DNA from: Neoechinorhynchus agilis
Lineage: Eukaryota > Animalia > Acanthocephala
Direction: 5' to 3'
Assembly: GCA_051530055.1 (NCBI GenBank)
Contig: CM121342.1
Span: 13,717,480 to 13,781,479, forward strand
Length of the DNA stretch: 64,000 bases
Shown: positions 25,553-37,280 of the stretch, piece by piece
How positions within the stretch are numbered: the first letter of the stretch is position 1
Layout: every line of letters begins with the position of its first letter
Notes under the pieces: generated by a model
The model's database searches: none
What the model saw: the letters and a program-made list of their open reading frames with translations, nothing else
Told to the model about the DNA's origin: nothing
Program-made: the position numbers and the translations under genes

Positions 25553-25800
25553 TTCCTTTAGACATGCATCCGACTAATATCTTGCATCAGGGAAGCGCAT
25601 GAAATAATTTAATACCCTGAACGATACGGTTATGAGTTTTTACATTCCTCCGGATAATCAGATACCTCACGAGGAGGCGGGACTCATCAGTGAGTTTCCT
25701 CCCTTCAACGGCATTTCGTCCCCTTTTGTTGTGATCAGGGTCTAAGTGATTCAATCACTTCCCTGATGCAAGATATTTGTTGGCTGAGTGCCTGAAGGAA
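25553..25800. mobile_element. ~250-bp MITE-like element with ~43-bp imperfect TIRs
   Basis: 25553-25595 is inverted relative to 25758-25800 (core AATATCTTGCATCAGGGAAG). The interior carries the GACTCATCAGTGAGTTTCCTCCCTTC core. Confidence 0.7.
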
Positions 25801-26030
25801 AAAGCCGAGTAAGGAATCTTCTAAACAATTGATTGATATAACCGGCTTGTCAATGGACATTAGAAAAAAGATTTCCATTAATTTTGAGTAAAATCATTTC
25901 CTAAAGTCAGCGGAACAAATGCGTCAACGACAATATAAAATTAAATCATGTCGCTCGCAAAATAACAAGGAGCATATATTCGTAAATTTATGATTCAATT
26001 TCTGAGCGTCATGAAGAAACGCCAGGTTTA

Positions 26031-26679
26031 ATAATAACACGTTTTATTTGTTAATGCACAAAGAATAAGACTCATGTACCTTTGGTTCCTCATGAACACT
26101 CGAGTTCTGTTAGGAAAAGATGAATGTGGTTATTATTTTTTCAGTAGATTGATAGTTCGTGGTTATTGTTTGTAATAGAGTTTGTGAGGTTGGGCCTTTA
26201 ATCAGGTTCATTTCGGGTAATGACCTCCTAGAAGATTGGGTAGTGTGGAAACTAGAGTGCAAGTTGAGGCGGATGAAAGGAATTGAGATTAGAGAATCAA
26301 ACCCAGTTCTAAAAAATCTACAGGCGAAACCAATATATTTCATTTGTTAAATGTTTGAAATAAAATTTAAATTGCGTACAGTATAACACTTGCAGTTAAG
26401 AATTTATGAAAAGTTCATTCACATCAGTGATATTGGTATTATCTTTGCTAAATGTTTAATATGATCAATTGGTAGAACTTCTTACGAAAAATTGGTTGAA
26501 GAAAAGTAGAACATTCGCTAAAGAGATTTTGCATATTAATTGCACATGAAAAATGAGTGTCCGCTTTCACACCGGATCCGTCATGCACTCCGGATCCATC
26601 ATCCACTCCAAAACCATCAAATGAGGACCCAAAGGTACATGGGTCCTCTTTGTGAATCACAAATAAAACGTGTTATTAT
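26031..26679. mobile_element. ~650-bp non-autonomous DNA element with ~60-bp TIRs
   Basis: ATAATAACACGTTTTATTTG...CATGTACCTTTGGTTCCTCAT (26031-26093) is inverted relative to 26621-26679. Confidence 0.75.
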
Positions 26680-27197
26680 AAGTAGCTAAATTGAAAGAAA
26701 TGTATCGAAGACGTTGAAAATCATTTAGACGTAAAATATATGATATTTAAACTTTAGTTGTCATTCAAAAAGATTAGATTAGTGCAAATGTTGTTAGTGG
26801 GTTTACGATGGATCGTAAACCTGAACGTGTCATGAACATAACAAACACAGAAAATCTGTTCAACTGGCAAAAAATGAGTAAAACAATATATATCGGCAAT
26901 TGTAGGAAACAGGGAGCACACGTTAAAAGTTCAGCACTAGGATTTGTATATAATCAATACTAGTGTATAATATAGACGATTGCACTGAGATTACAACCCT
27001 TTTTTCTGACCGAGAAGGAAAATTTTTGCACTTACTTTGCATTAAATTCTAAAATAGAATATATTTAAACGTATAACGTTCAATTCTTGGGATCATAGTA
27101 CTAATAAAAGAAAATATGATCTATTCATTGATCAATAAGAGTGCTAAATGTAACGCGTCGATTTATTAAGCGGATACTAAACACAATGCCGTAGATA

Positions 27198-27869
27198 TCA
27201 CGGTTGAGAATTCGCAGGTAGATTTGATTTCAGTTCTCCTGCGGGAAGTAAAAATCGAAGAGATTCATTTGTCCAATAGGTCGTGTGAATTGCGAACTCT
27301 ATAAAATCCCGTATTATTCGAGACGAGCGATCATTCACGACTCGAGAATTTATATGTGGCGCTGAAGCTGGGTTGAAATTCGTGTTCACCAGCTCACTAT
27401 CATCCATTGTTTTTGTATCTTCTTTCTTAGGTCTTTTGATCGTACTTTTCGATTTATTTGTGTTTGTTCGCTTTCTAACACTTTTTTTATCGACTTCAAA
27501 TGCTGATTTAACTTGCTCCGGTGCCATCTTTATGAGAGCCGCATACGATGGACATCCAAGTTTCGGACGTCCCCTAGTCCTTCGCTCCGAGCACCTGCCT
27601 TCTACTTCCAATTCCACAGAACGGATCAAACTTTCCATTATGTCAACTGCATGTTTTGCGGCATTCGATTCGACATTAATGATTGGTCTACCCATTTTCT
27701 TCGTTTTCTTGTGCTCAACATCTCTGTTCTGGCACTGTATATTCTTGGTGTCGTCTGCTAGCGGAATCACTGGTGCCATCGGAACGGGAATAGCAGTATC
27801 TTCATTTTTCTCGACTATTTGCTCAACTTTAACGGAATGTGCGATTTTATTAGTCGGTAACTTCTCCAT
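27198..27869 (-). CDS. Orphan Lys/Arg-rich protein with GRP (AT-hook-like) motifs, paralog A, 223 aa
   Basis: Intact ORF with AATAAA 30 nt after the stop, and a conserved paralog on the other palindrome arm. Confidence 0.7.
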   Translation of the reverse strand: MEKLPTNKIAHSVKVEQIVEKNEDTAIPVPMAPVIPLADDTKNIQCQNRDVEHKKTKKMGRPIINVESNAAKHAVDIMESLIRSVELEVEGRCSERRTRGRPKLGCPSYAALIKMAPEQVKSAFEVDKKSVRKRTNTNKSKSTIKRPKKEDTKTMDDSELVNTNFNPASAPHINSRVVNDRSSRIIRDFIEFAIHTTYWTNESLRFLLPAGELKSNLPANSQP

Positions 27870-29881
27870 TCCTGCTATTATTTGTCCTAAATGAGAAATT
27901 AAAGAATTATAAATTTCGAATCAAGCAAAAAGTTAAATCTAGTTTCACAGCGCACTACGATTCGTTGCTTCTTGTACCGCCAAACCTTAGCTTTTCCTTA
28001 GCGAATAAAAATCGCCTTTAAGAAAAAGGCAGCATTTCCAAAATAATAATTACACGTATTATGAATGCTGCAAATCACTAATAATTTCAGGCGAACGACC
28101 AAAAATTGTATCTCCAACTTCAAAAATGAAGATCTAACGAAAACATACGAGGTATTGTGAGCTAGTGAGGAAATTGGCTTGATCATATTGTGAAGTTCAA
28201 GCCTCGTTTATACTCAAGGTGTGAATGAAAAACATTGATGTCACGAAATCAGCTCTTTGTGAAAAATCGAATTCGTTTACTTGTTTTCTCCCTCTATTAG
28301 ATTTAAATTCTTCATTCCAAGAGTACAATTTTTTAAACCTCGAGTTATAATCACGAATTATAATCACAAGCGATAGCGTGTTATTTATTGCCATTCATAT
28401 CTTACTTTAAATTCAAGCTTAGGAAGTAGCCACGGGCAATGTTAAGTCCTCTTTTATACTCACGATATCTATGCGGGACATAAATGTCACGAAAAATCAG
28501 TTTCCAAAAAATCCGTTTTATTTCCTTGCTTTCAACATTCTTTGCAGGCCTTTAGCTCACTTTAGCGATATTTGAACAGAATCTCTCATGTGCTCATTCT
28601 AAACTAAAGCTAAATTTTTGAAAATGTGTTAAGGCAATAAATCAGGATTTTGAAATCTTTTAAGACGCGACAAGTATTGAAATTGCAGCCGATTTAAGGA
28701 AATAAAGTACCCAACTTCGTTCAAATATTTAAGCAAGCAAAAATATAACTTGTGTGCTCCAAGTGGAAGGATATAATTTCAATGGTTTTTGTCAAAGCTC
28801 GCGTTTTAAATGTAGTACAAAGAGTTCGATAGTATAAAAGGAAGTACAACAATGTAATATATTTTCCGTCGAATTTAAAGTAAGGTATGAATGATAATAA
28901 ATAGCACGTTATCGCTTGTGATTATAACTCGAGGTTTAAAAAATTGTACTCTTGGAATGAAGAATTTAAATCTAATAGAGGGAGAAAACAAGTAAACGAA
29001 TTCGATTTTTCACAAAGAGCTGATTTCGTGACATCAATGTTTTTCATTCACACCTTGAGTATAAACGAGGCTTGAACTTCACAATATGATCAAGCCAATT
29101 TCCTCACTAGCTCACAATACCTCGTATGTTTTCGTTAGATCTTCATTTTTGAAGTTGGAGATACAATTTTTGGTCGTTCGCCTGAAATTATTAGTGATTT
29201 GCAGCATTCATAATACGTGTAATTATTATTTTGGAAATGCTGCCTTTTTCTTAAAGGCGATTTTTATTCGCTAAGGAAAAGCTAAGGTTTGGCGGTACAA
29301 GAAGCAACGAATCGTAGTGCGCTGTGAAACTAGATTTAACTTTTTGCTCGATTCGAAATTTATAATTCTTTAATTTCTCATTTAGGACAAATAATAGCAG
29401 GAATGGAGAAGTTACCGACTAATAAAATCGCACATTCCGTTAAAGTTGAGCAAATAGTCGAGAAAAATGAAGATACTGCTATTCCCGTTCCGATGGCACC
29501 AGTGATTCCGCTAGCAGACGACACCAAGAATATACAGTGCCAGAACAGAGATGTTGAGCACAAGAAAACGAAGAAAATGGGTAGACCAATCATTAATGTC
29601 GAATCGAATGCCGCAAAACATGCAGTTGACATAATGGAAAGTTTGATCCGTTCTGTGGAATTGGAAGTAGAAGGCAGGTGCTCGGAGCGAAGGACTAGGG
29701 GACGTCCGAAACTTGGATGTCCATCGTATGCGGCTCTCATAAAGATGGCACCGGAGCAAGTAAAATCAGCATTTGAAGTCGATAAACAAAGTGTTAGAAA
29801 GCGAGCAAACACAAATAAACCGAAAAGTACGATCAAAAGACCCAAGAAAGAAGATACAAAAACAATGGATGGTCGCGAGCT
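27391..29881. repeat. Large inverted repeat: arms 27391-28414 and 28871-29881, 456-bp spacer
   Basis: Mirror coordinates sum to 57272 over most of the arms (27869/29403, 28186/29086). There are few substitutions and one 13-bp indel near the inner edge. Confidence 0.95.
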
Positions 29882-30053
29882 TGCGGTATCTTCAACACAT
29901 TCAGGCAGCGGCGATCATCGGTCACCTCCGGTTGGTCCAACATGGAAAGAGTGCACAATTGGCACAATACTTTGGACGAATAAATTACTTCAGCTTTTCG
30001 GCGAATTAATTGATATTCATTATTCGAATATGGAAAAAAATTCGCAGGGCTGA
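29403..30053 (+). CDS. Orphan Lys/Arg-rich protein with GRP (AT-hook-like) motifs, paralog B, 216 aa
   Basis: Intact ORF, identical to paralog A for the first 128 residues, with AATAAA 30 nt after the stop. Confidence 0.7.
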   Translation: MEKLPTNKIAHSVKVEQIVEKNEDTAIPVPMAPVIPLADDTKNIQCQNRDVEHKKTKKMGRPIINVESNAAKHAVDIMESLIRSVELEVEGRCSERRTRGRPKLGCPSYAALIKMAPEQVKSAFEVDKQSVRKRANTNKPKSTIKRPKKEDTKTMDGRELAVSSTHSGSGDHRSPPVGPTWKECTIGTILWTNKLLQLFGELIDIHYSNMEKNSQG

Positions 30054-30191
30054 ATGTTCTGCTAGCTGATTGTCTGAACTGATAATAAATGTTCTTCGGA
30101 CGTTTTTTGAAGGCGTGCGCATTTTGAGCGGCTGTCGTCAACCGATTTCAGTGGCGCATGAGTGGATTCGAGCGCTTTTGGAAACTTCGTG

Positions 30192-30263
30192 CTCGGTGTC
30201 GGGGAATCGAACCCCGGTCTCCCGCGTGACAGGCGGGGATACTCACCACTATACTAACACCGA
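30192..30263 (-). tRNA. tRNA-Asp(GTC): tRNA-Asp (GTC), second copy
   Basis: The reverse complement matches 25195-25266 except for one D-loop base (GGTGAG vs GGTTAG). Confidence 0.95.
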
Positions 30264-30479
30264 CTGTCGTTAGGGTTACCCAAGTCGGGCAAATCTTCGG
30301 TAAGGTTCCTGACAAAGGGCGGTTCTGCAACAATCATTTCCCTCCACCGTCGGATTTCTCCTTATCCGCCGTGGACAATGGGGAAAGTTGTGCCAAGCAA
30401 GTGGAAGATGAGGTGGCTCTCTCATTCTACTTTAAGCATTCACGCCAAAGACCTCATTCATTTGGGAACTACTCCCTTC

Positions 30480-32725
30480 TAAAGTCTGCTGGCGAGGAGG
30501 CATGCGCGCTGAGTTCGAGCTTGTGATCACCAATACTCTCTTTCGACTAAAGAACTGTGACAAGACGACCGGGAAACATCCAAGATCGGGACATTGGCAT
30601 CTCATCGACTACGCCATAACCCGACAAAACATGGATCGGATTTCCTTGTCACAGTCTCTGCGCGGAGCCGACGATTGTTGGACCGATCATCGCCCGGTTT
30701 ACTCCTCTTTGCGTTTACTCCTTAAAACGAAGCGACCAAGGCATTCGAACCCTAGAAAAAGTAGATTCAAGATAAATGCTCTCAAAAAAGATGAGATCTC
30801 AAGATCATACTCGTCAAGGGTCGAAGAATTACTACAGCAATTGCCACATACATCGGATGATACAACAACCTCCTGGCAGAATATCAAATCAGCCATTATA
30901 ACTGCTGCCAACGACGTACTGGGGATTTCGTATGCATAAACATCAAGACTGGTTCGATGGGAACGATGACGTGATATCCGAGCTCATAAATCAGAAGCAA
31001 TTTTTCCTAGCTGTACGAGCAATCTATGGACCGAGAAACAATTCCTTTGCGGTGATCCAAACTTTTGACAATCAAACTACCTTGACGGATGAGGCAGACA
31101 TTCTAGCGAGATGGACGGAGCACTTTGATTCACCCCTCAATGAGCCCACAGATATAGCGCCAGAATTTCTTGATTGCATCCCCCAGCATCCGGTCCAATT
31201 ATGGATGAATGATCCACCTGATCTAAAGGAACTCGAAGATGCCGTTAAGATGGCTAAAATGGTAAATCGCCAGGCCTCGATAACATTCAGGCTGAGCTGA
31301 TAAAATGTGGAGGAACAGTCCTCCTACACCGCCTTCATTCTTTACTTCAGTCAATATGGGAAAGTGGAATCGTACCTCAAGCCTTTCGCAATGCTTTGAT
31401 CGTCCCGATATTCAAAAAAGGTGATCGCTGTTAATGCGGGAACTAAAGAGGAATCTCGCTCCTATCTGTCGTTGGGAAAATATTTACTTAAGTACTCGCT
31501 CGAAGACTTCAGAACTTCAGCGAACAAATTCTCCCTGAATCTCAATACGAATTCCGACTAGGCCAAGGAACTTCTTAGATGATTCTGTGAGCACGCCAAT
31601 TATTCGAAAAAGCAAGAGAACAACAAATACCTATGATGATGACGTTCTTCGACCTGAGAAAGGCTTTCGATTCGGTGCGAAACTTTTATGGAATACAAAT
31701 CAGATACAAATGTGATGGCGATCTTTTTAATCTTCGGCGACTAAAATCGATTTCGGAGACTGCGTCCACAAATGCGTCGGAGCTGCAATACGCTGACGAT
31801 AATGGAACTCCAGCAACTACCTTAGAAGCTCTTCAAACGAACGCAGACGCTTTCACTTACGCATATAATCTTGGCGGTTTATCAATCAATGTTGATAGAA
31901 CTAAATACATGGTTCAGGCAACTGCTTCCAGTTACGATCCTAACACATAACTTCGTATTTGTAATCAAACAGTGGAAAGAGTTCAAAGATTTTGATACTT
32001 TGGAAGCATTATCACCGAGAACAGCGATCTGACTTCTGACATCCAAAACAGAATTCGAGCCTCTCATCTTGCTTACGGTCGCCTAAACAAGCGAGTGTTC
32101 AAACAACGGAACCTAAAAATCTCGACCAAACTAAATGTGTATTCAGCTGATGTTCTCACCACCCTTCTCTACGGCTGCAAAAGCTGGACTCTTTACAGAA
32201 AAATTATAAACGAGCTGGAACGTTTCCATCAACAAAAGCTGAGGAACATTCTTGGGGTGAGATAGCAAGAGAGAACATCAAATCTGCAGATTCTGGAGAA
32301 AACACAAATGACGAACATCGAAGGCCTCATAATGAAACATCAACTGCGATTTCTTGGACATCGTAGTCGCCGGTCCATCTCCAGCCTTCCGAAGCAGATT
32401 CTCTTCGGTTAAATCGAAAATGGCCGTCGTCGAAGAGGTGCTCCCAAAAAGCGTTTAAAGGACCAACTGAAAAAATTTCTAACCCTAGCCGATCTTAGTA
32501 TCGAAACATGGAACGGTGTGGCTAAAGACCGTGTAAAATGGAGAGAAGATCATTTCAGGAGTAAAGACATTCGACCGAAAACGGGCAGCAAACATCGAGG
32601 AAAAGAAAAAAAGAAAAATTATCGCGAACTCATTGCCTAAACCTTCACCGGATATTCCTTGCGCCCATTGCGATCGTAAATTCCGAAGTCATCTCGAACT
32701 TTACTCGCACAACAAACATTGACAT
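30480..32725 (+). mobile_element. Degenerate RTE (BovB-like) LINE
   Basis: KHPRSGHWHLIDY, WTDHR, HQDWFD, FDLRKAFDSV, LQYADD, LLYGCKSW, QLRFLGH, RRRRGAPKKR and a terminal C2H2 CAHCDRKFRSHLELYSH. Many stops and frameshifts. Ends approximate. Confidence 0.85.
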
Positions 32726-32923
32726 GGAGGGAAGTATGAGTGAATGAACTGACCCTCGTTCACGAGAAAATATAAGTCAGTCACATATCGATAATGATCA
32801 CTATATGTATCACGCTTGTCTAAAATATTTACATTTGTCATTCCAAACAATGATATCCGATTTTGTAAGATATTGTGATAAATTATTTACTTTTCAAAGA
32901 ATAGGGTTGCGACAAAAATAAAA

Positions 32924-33479
32924 GCACATGAATGTAGATTCAGGGTATAGAATCTACACATATCGGAATATTGATCTTTCATCAGTAGTAACCTTATAGT
33001 ACAGGATCTATTAAAAACTCAGTTATTCTAATTTGATATGACAAACTAAGGGGGTGAAATTATTGTGTTCAAATATAAAACTTCGATCAATAAATAAATC
33101 GATCTAGTCGATTTCATCTAAATCAAATAATAAGGAGTGTTTTAACTTTTGACATGAAATATATTAGACATCTCCCATAGGGCTTCGGCAGTTTTAAAAC
33201 AATTTTTAACTCCTTATAAAATCAAAACGGTAATGAATTTCGCACATGAATGTAGATTCAGGGTATAGAATCTACGCATATCGGAATATTGATCTTTCAT
33301 CAGTAGTAACCTTATAGTACAGGATCTATTAAAGATTCAGTTGTTCTAATTTGATATGACAAACTAAGGGGGTGAAATTATTGTGTTCAAATATAAAACT
33401 TCGATCAATAAATAAATCGATCTTGTCGATTTCATCTAAATCAAATAATAAGGAGTGTTTTAACTTTTGGCATGAAATA
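32924..33479. repeat. Direct repeat, 2 x 238 bp, separated by 80 bp
   Basis: Copies at 32924-33161 and 33242-33479 are near-identical. Confidence 0.9.
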
Positions 33480-34236
33480 CTTTCCAATCGCGAATACTTG
33501 CACCTCTAATTACTTCTAAAATAGATCCAAAAGTAATTATTGTAAAATAAAAACTGCTTGCATATCAAGAACCTATTGAAAAATCAGTCTTGACTTTTAC
33601 ATAAATTAGAGTACGGTGTGTGCCACAGCGTTAAAGGATCATCTGGGCAATATCGTGTTTGAACAAAAGAAAGTTTTTCATCTACTTTGCTACTTTATCG
33701 TGGTTTGGACTCAGCAATATCGGAGAATATATTTGATTAAATGATGAACCCGGCGAGGCTCGAAAAAATTTAATAAAAAATATTATTTACCGGGTACCCC
33801 GGTACCTCACTTTTCGGTATTCCAGCAGGAAAGATTTGTGTATAAAAACAACGATTGTAATGAAACATATACTCAAAAATGTAGATTCTTTTATGAAAAT
33901 ACAATATTTTATAGCACATTTCCACCGAATTAGTGAACCAAATTTATCGAAGTTACTGTGTTTTGAAAAGAAAAGAAGCATATGCCAATGCTAAAATTTT
34001 AAAAGAACGGAAACAAATCGTCGTCTTCCCTGCAATCATTGAGCAGATTGTGGCTGATTTAGATCGAAATCGACCCTCTAAAACTCGATACGAATGTTTG
34101 TGCATCTCCAAACTATTTGTCAGTCTCGGAAATTTCGAGTACAAAGCTCCCTCCTAGCAGTAGATTAATGGTTCCAAATTGAGTGCTGCGCTATATTTAT
34201 TAATATAATGGTCCTCAAAGACACAGACGTACAGTT

Positions 34237-34959
34237 CTAGATATCACCGAGTTCATTACAGCTTTCCTCTCGTTTGCGAAGGATGGATGTTGGTACAATG
34301 TCTTCATCGTACAAATACTTTAAGATTTTATCTTGGTAAAATGCTTTCAATTTCAAAGATGATTGCAAACGCAATTCATCGTTTTCCTTAAGTTTTTTAT
34401 TAATCAATTCCTCAAGATCAAGACCAGTGAGTTGATCGTAAGCATCAATAACTTTCAGATCGTTCTTTATATACGAGAAATAAAGGATATGGTTTTTGAA
34501 TCCCTTGTCGTACTTAAATGTTTGTTTCAAAGTCACATATAAAGCTTTCAAACTGAGGGGATCTTCCCCAGTAATTTTAACCTCAGTTTGCCAAACATCA
34601 ACCTTATTATCATCTGCGCCACAAGCATCGACTGGACGATTATCCACACCGATGATTTGTATGTTCGAAATGTTGAAGTAGGACACATCAGAGGTGTAAA
34701 ACGAGCAATCGTACCTTCCAGGTTTCCCCATTAAATGAAAAATACAAATCACCGACTTAAACGTCTTTCCAAGTCCATCTCTCGTCCACTTCTTACACTT
34801 GGATGCCTCAATCTATCCCGAGCATCGGATATATGAGTTGAACTGGCGATGATAACGACTAACAGTAAAGAAGTTTGGCAATGCATTTCTCGCACTTTGG
34901 GTTTTTTCTAATACTTTTATACGTTTAGCAGGTGTGAAGTTAATCTTGTGAGTCAACAT
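34237..34959 (-). pseudogene. Intronless orphan reading frame of 241 codons with one internal TAG
   Basis: The ATG at 34959 is in frame with the 34237-34752 ORF. The only interruption is TAG at 34813-34815. No family recognised. Confidence 0.4.
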
Positions 34960-36139
34960 TGTATCTTAAAGCAGTCGAACGCAAAAAAGGATATACGTTT
35001 ATGATTTCATCAATCCTAGTACATGCCGAGAATGTTAGAGCTTACAGGCTCAATGACTCTTTTTTGAAAAAATGACTCGTACGGCATCTCTTAAAATTTT
35101 CGTACATAAGAAGGCTATTCATAACAAGTACGAGAAACCGCCACACAACCTAAGTAGCCGCTGAAAAATCTTTACTAAAAAATGGAGGTGTTTTGGCATC
35201 AAGGCAAAGTGCATTGTAACATTGGTTCACCTACATATTTTCTTCACTTTGTACTTAGAAATGACGACTAAGGAACTGCGACAGGTTCCAATGTTTCACA
35301 AGAATAAAGATAGTTGAAGCGTGAGGGTAATAGCAATTTTGCTCAGCTTTGTAATTCTTACAACAGCTGCCATAGAGCTGCTTCGTAGATTTTCTAAAGT
35401 TTAAAAGGCTACATATCCTAGAAGCTCGATCAGTTTGCGAATCTGTAAAAGGAACGTGATTTATATTAGATATTGGAAATCACACAAATTAAGCCGTTTG
35501 AGAATTGAAACGAGGTGTATTAGTTTGAATCGATCATTAAGCAGAATCGGAATAATTCTACAAAGTTTTGCAGGCTCCACGAGAGCATTTCACCCTCCAT
35601 CATAATATTCAAAGAATAGCTTTAGAAAAGCCATTTTGCTAAAGAATTAATTGGTCAAATTGCACTCCTCTGTGATGAGAAACTTCAGAAAAGGCATGGT
35701 CGCCCTCAGAAAGAGCGCTTGAGACGTGCTTTGCAGTACCATGCATATTTGTCATTTTACAGCCAGTAGTAGTCGAAACGTAGCAGAAAATACGGTAAGA
35801 GTTGGGAATCGGCAGCCGAAACGGAACTTAGTGTTCCATTCCGGTGATCATAGGGTAGGGAATTTAAATCGTAGCCTAAAGTGCTCGCAAAATGATGTAC
35901 ATAAATGGAACTGAGAGGAGCGCTTGGATATTTAAAAAATCTAATGTGAAAAAATTAAAAATAACATTTAATCCGATTAAACATGGTATCATTGAATTTT
36001 TCTGAAATTCACTGTGAGACATTCCCTTATTCTAAAATTAGATCAATAAGCGATGTGATAATTTGGCACTTTCACTAAGATTAAAAAAATTTCCCTTTAA
36101 GAGCACTTTATTAGTCCTACTACAAATAAAAAAATTATA

Positions 36140-36330
36140 TTTGTATCTGGCGTGAAAATTAAAAGAATTTATTGATTCCAATATTTCGTCACAATCTTGT
36201 GCCTTGCATTTGAATGTCGCAAATAAAACACTTTAGCAACCTTGATAAAGGCACAATATTGTGCCGTAATACTGGAATCAATAAATTCTTTTAATTTTAC
36301 GCCAGATACAAACATGAACAATTCGATCCT
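36140..36330. mobile_element. Hairpin MITE-like element, same family as 21964-22160
   Basis: Arms 36140-36205 and 36248-36312. Shared sequence GCCGTAATACTGGAATCAATAAATTC. Confidence 0.8.
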
Positions 36331-37280
36331 CAAACAAAAATTTTAATTATTGGTTCAAAGCGTTTTAGTGTTCCAGTAAACAGATAACAATAGTATGTAT
36401 CTTTATTAACAAAGAAGGTCCTTGCGACCATTAGATATTCTCAACTAATTCATACAGGTGAAAATTATTAAAATTACAAAAGTCGTCTAATTCCTTTCAA
36501 CAAAAATTTTGAAATTAATTTCATTAATCGAAAGTCATTGGACGTGAAATTGAATCTCACGCAATTCTTGAATGAAAGGATGCTGTTTTCAAGAAGTCTA
36601 GTAATTTATTGTATAAACTTACTGTGGAATGTTTACGCTTGTTTGTTGTGTTTAGACATTGGCCCTTAAAGTAAATGACTCGGCACCATTTGAAAGATAC
36701 CATTATTCTAACGACCTTTACAGGCGTTCTATTTTGTAAAAGCATATTTGCTTCTCCTATCTTACATGCATGCTGAAACCTTAATATTATGAAATTCTCA
36801 TTACAGTAACGTCAAGATTATCCAAAGCCCTGATCGATGTTTGAGTAGCAGGCTGGTGCAAATATTATAGTTTGCAAACTTCAATAGAAAATCATGTTTG
36901 AATTTTCGGGACGCAGTGATATTATATAAAGTGATATTATCTTGTTATTCTTATCGATCATCAACACTTTAACTGATTGTATCTGTCATTTTATCAATTC
37001 AAATCTAAAAAATAAGCACGTAAGGTCACAAACGCATGACATGAGTGTTTGTTTCACTCGGGACCCCGGGATCATCAACACGGTAGGCGTTACAATACTA
37101 ATGTAATTGTTTCGCCTACAGGACGATCTTACTTCAATTTTAAATATAAATTTTATTTTTTCTAAAATCAAACGGCGTCACCATCCGCCTGTGTGTGCAA
37201 TCGTTCAAAAACTTGTACTCGTTTCTAAGACGACGACATTTTCTTTATTCTAAAACCAAAGATTCTGTTCGAAGCGAGCT

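Noticed and set aside
27373-27894. Long antisense ORFs over the palindrome genes (also 29378-29845) and over myosin and LINE regions
   Set aside because: They are shadow frames of biased coding strands, with no independent motif support.
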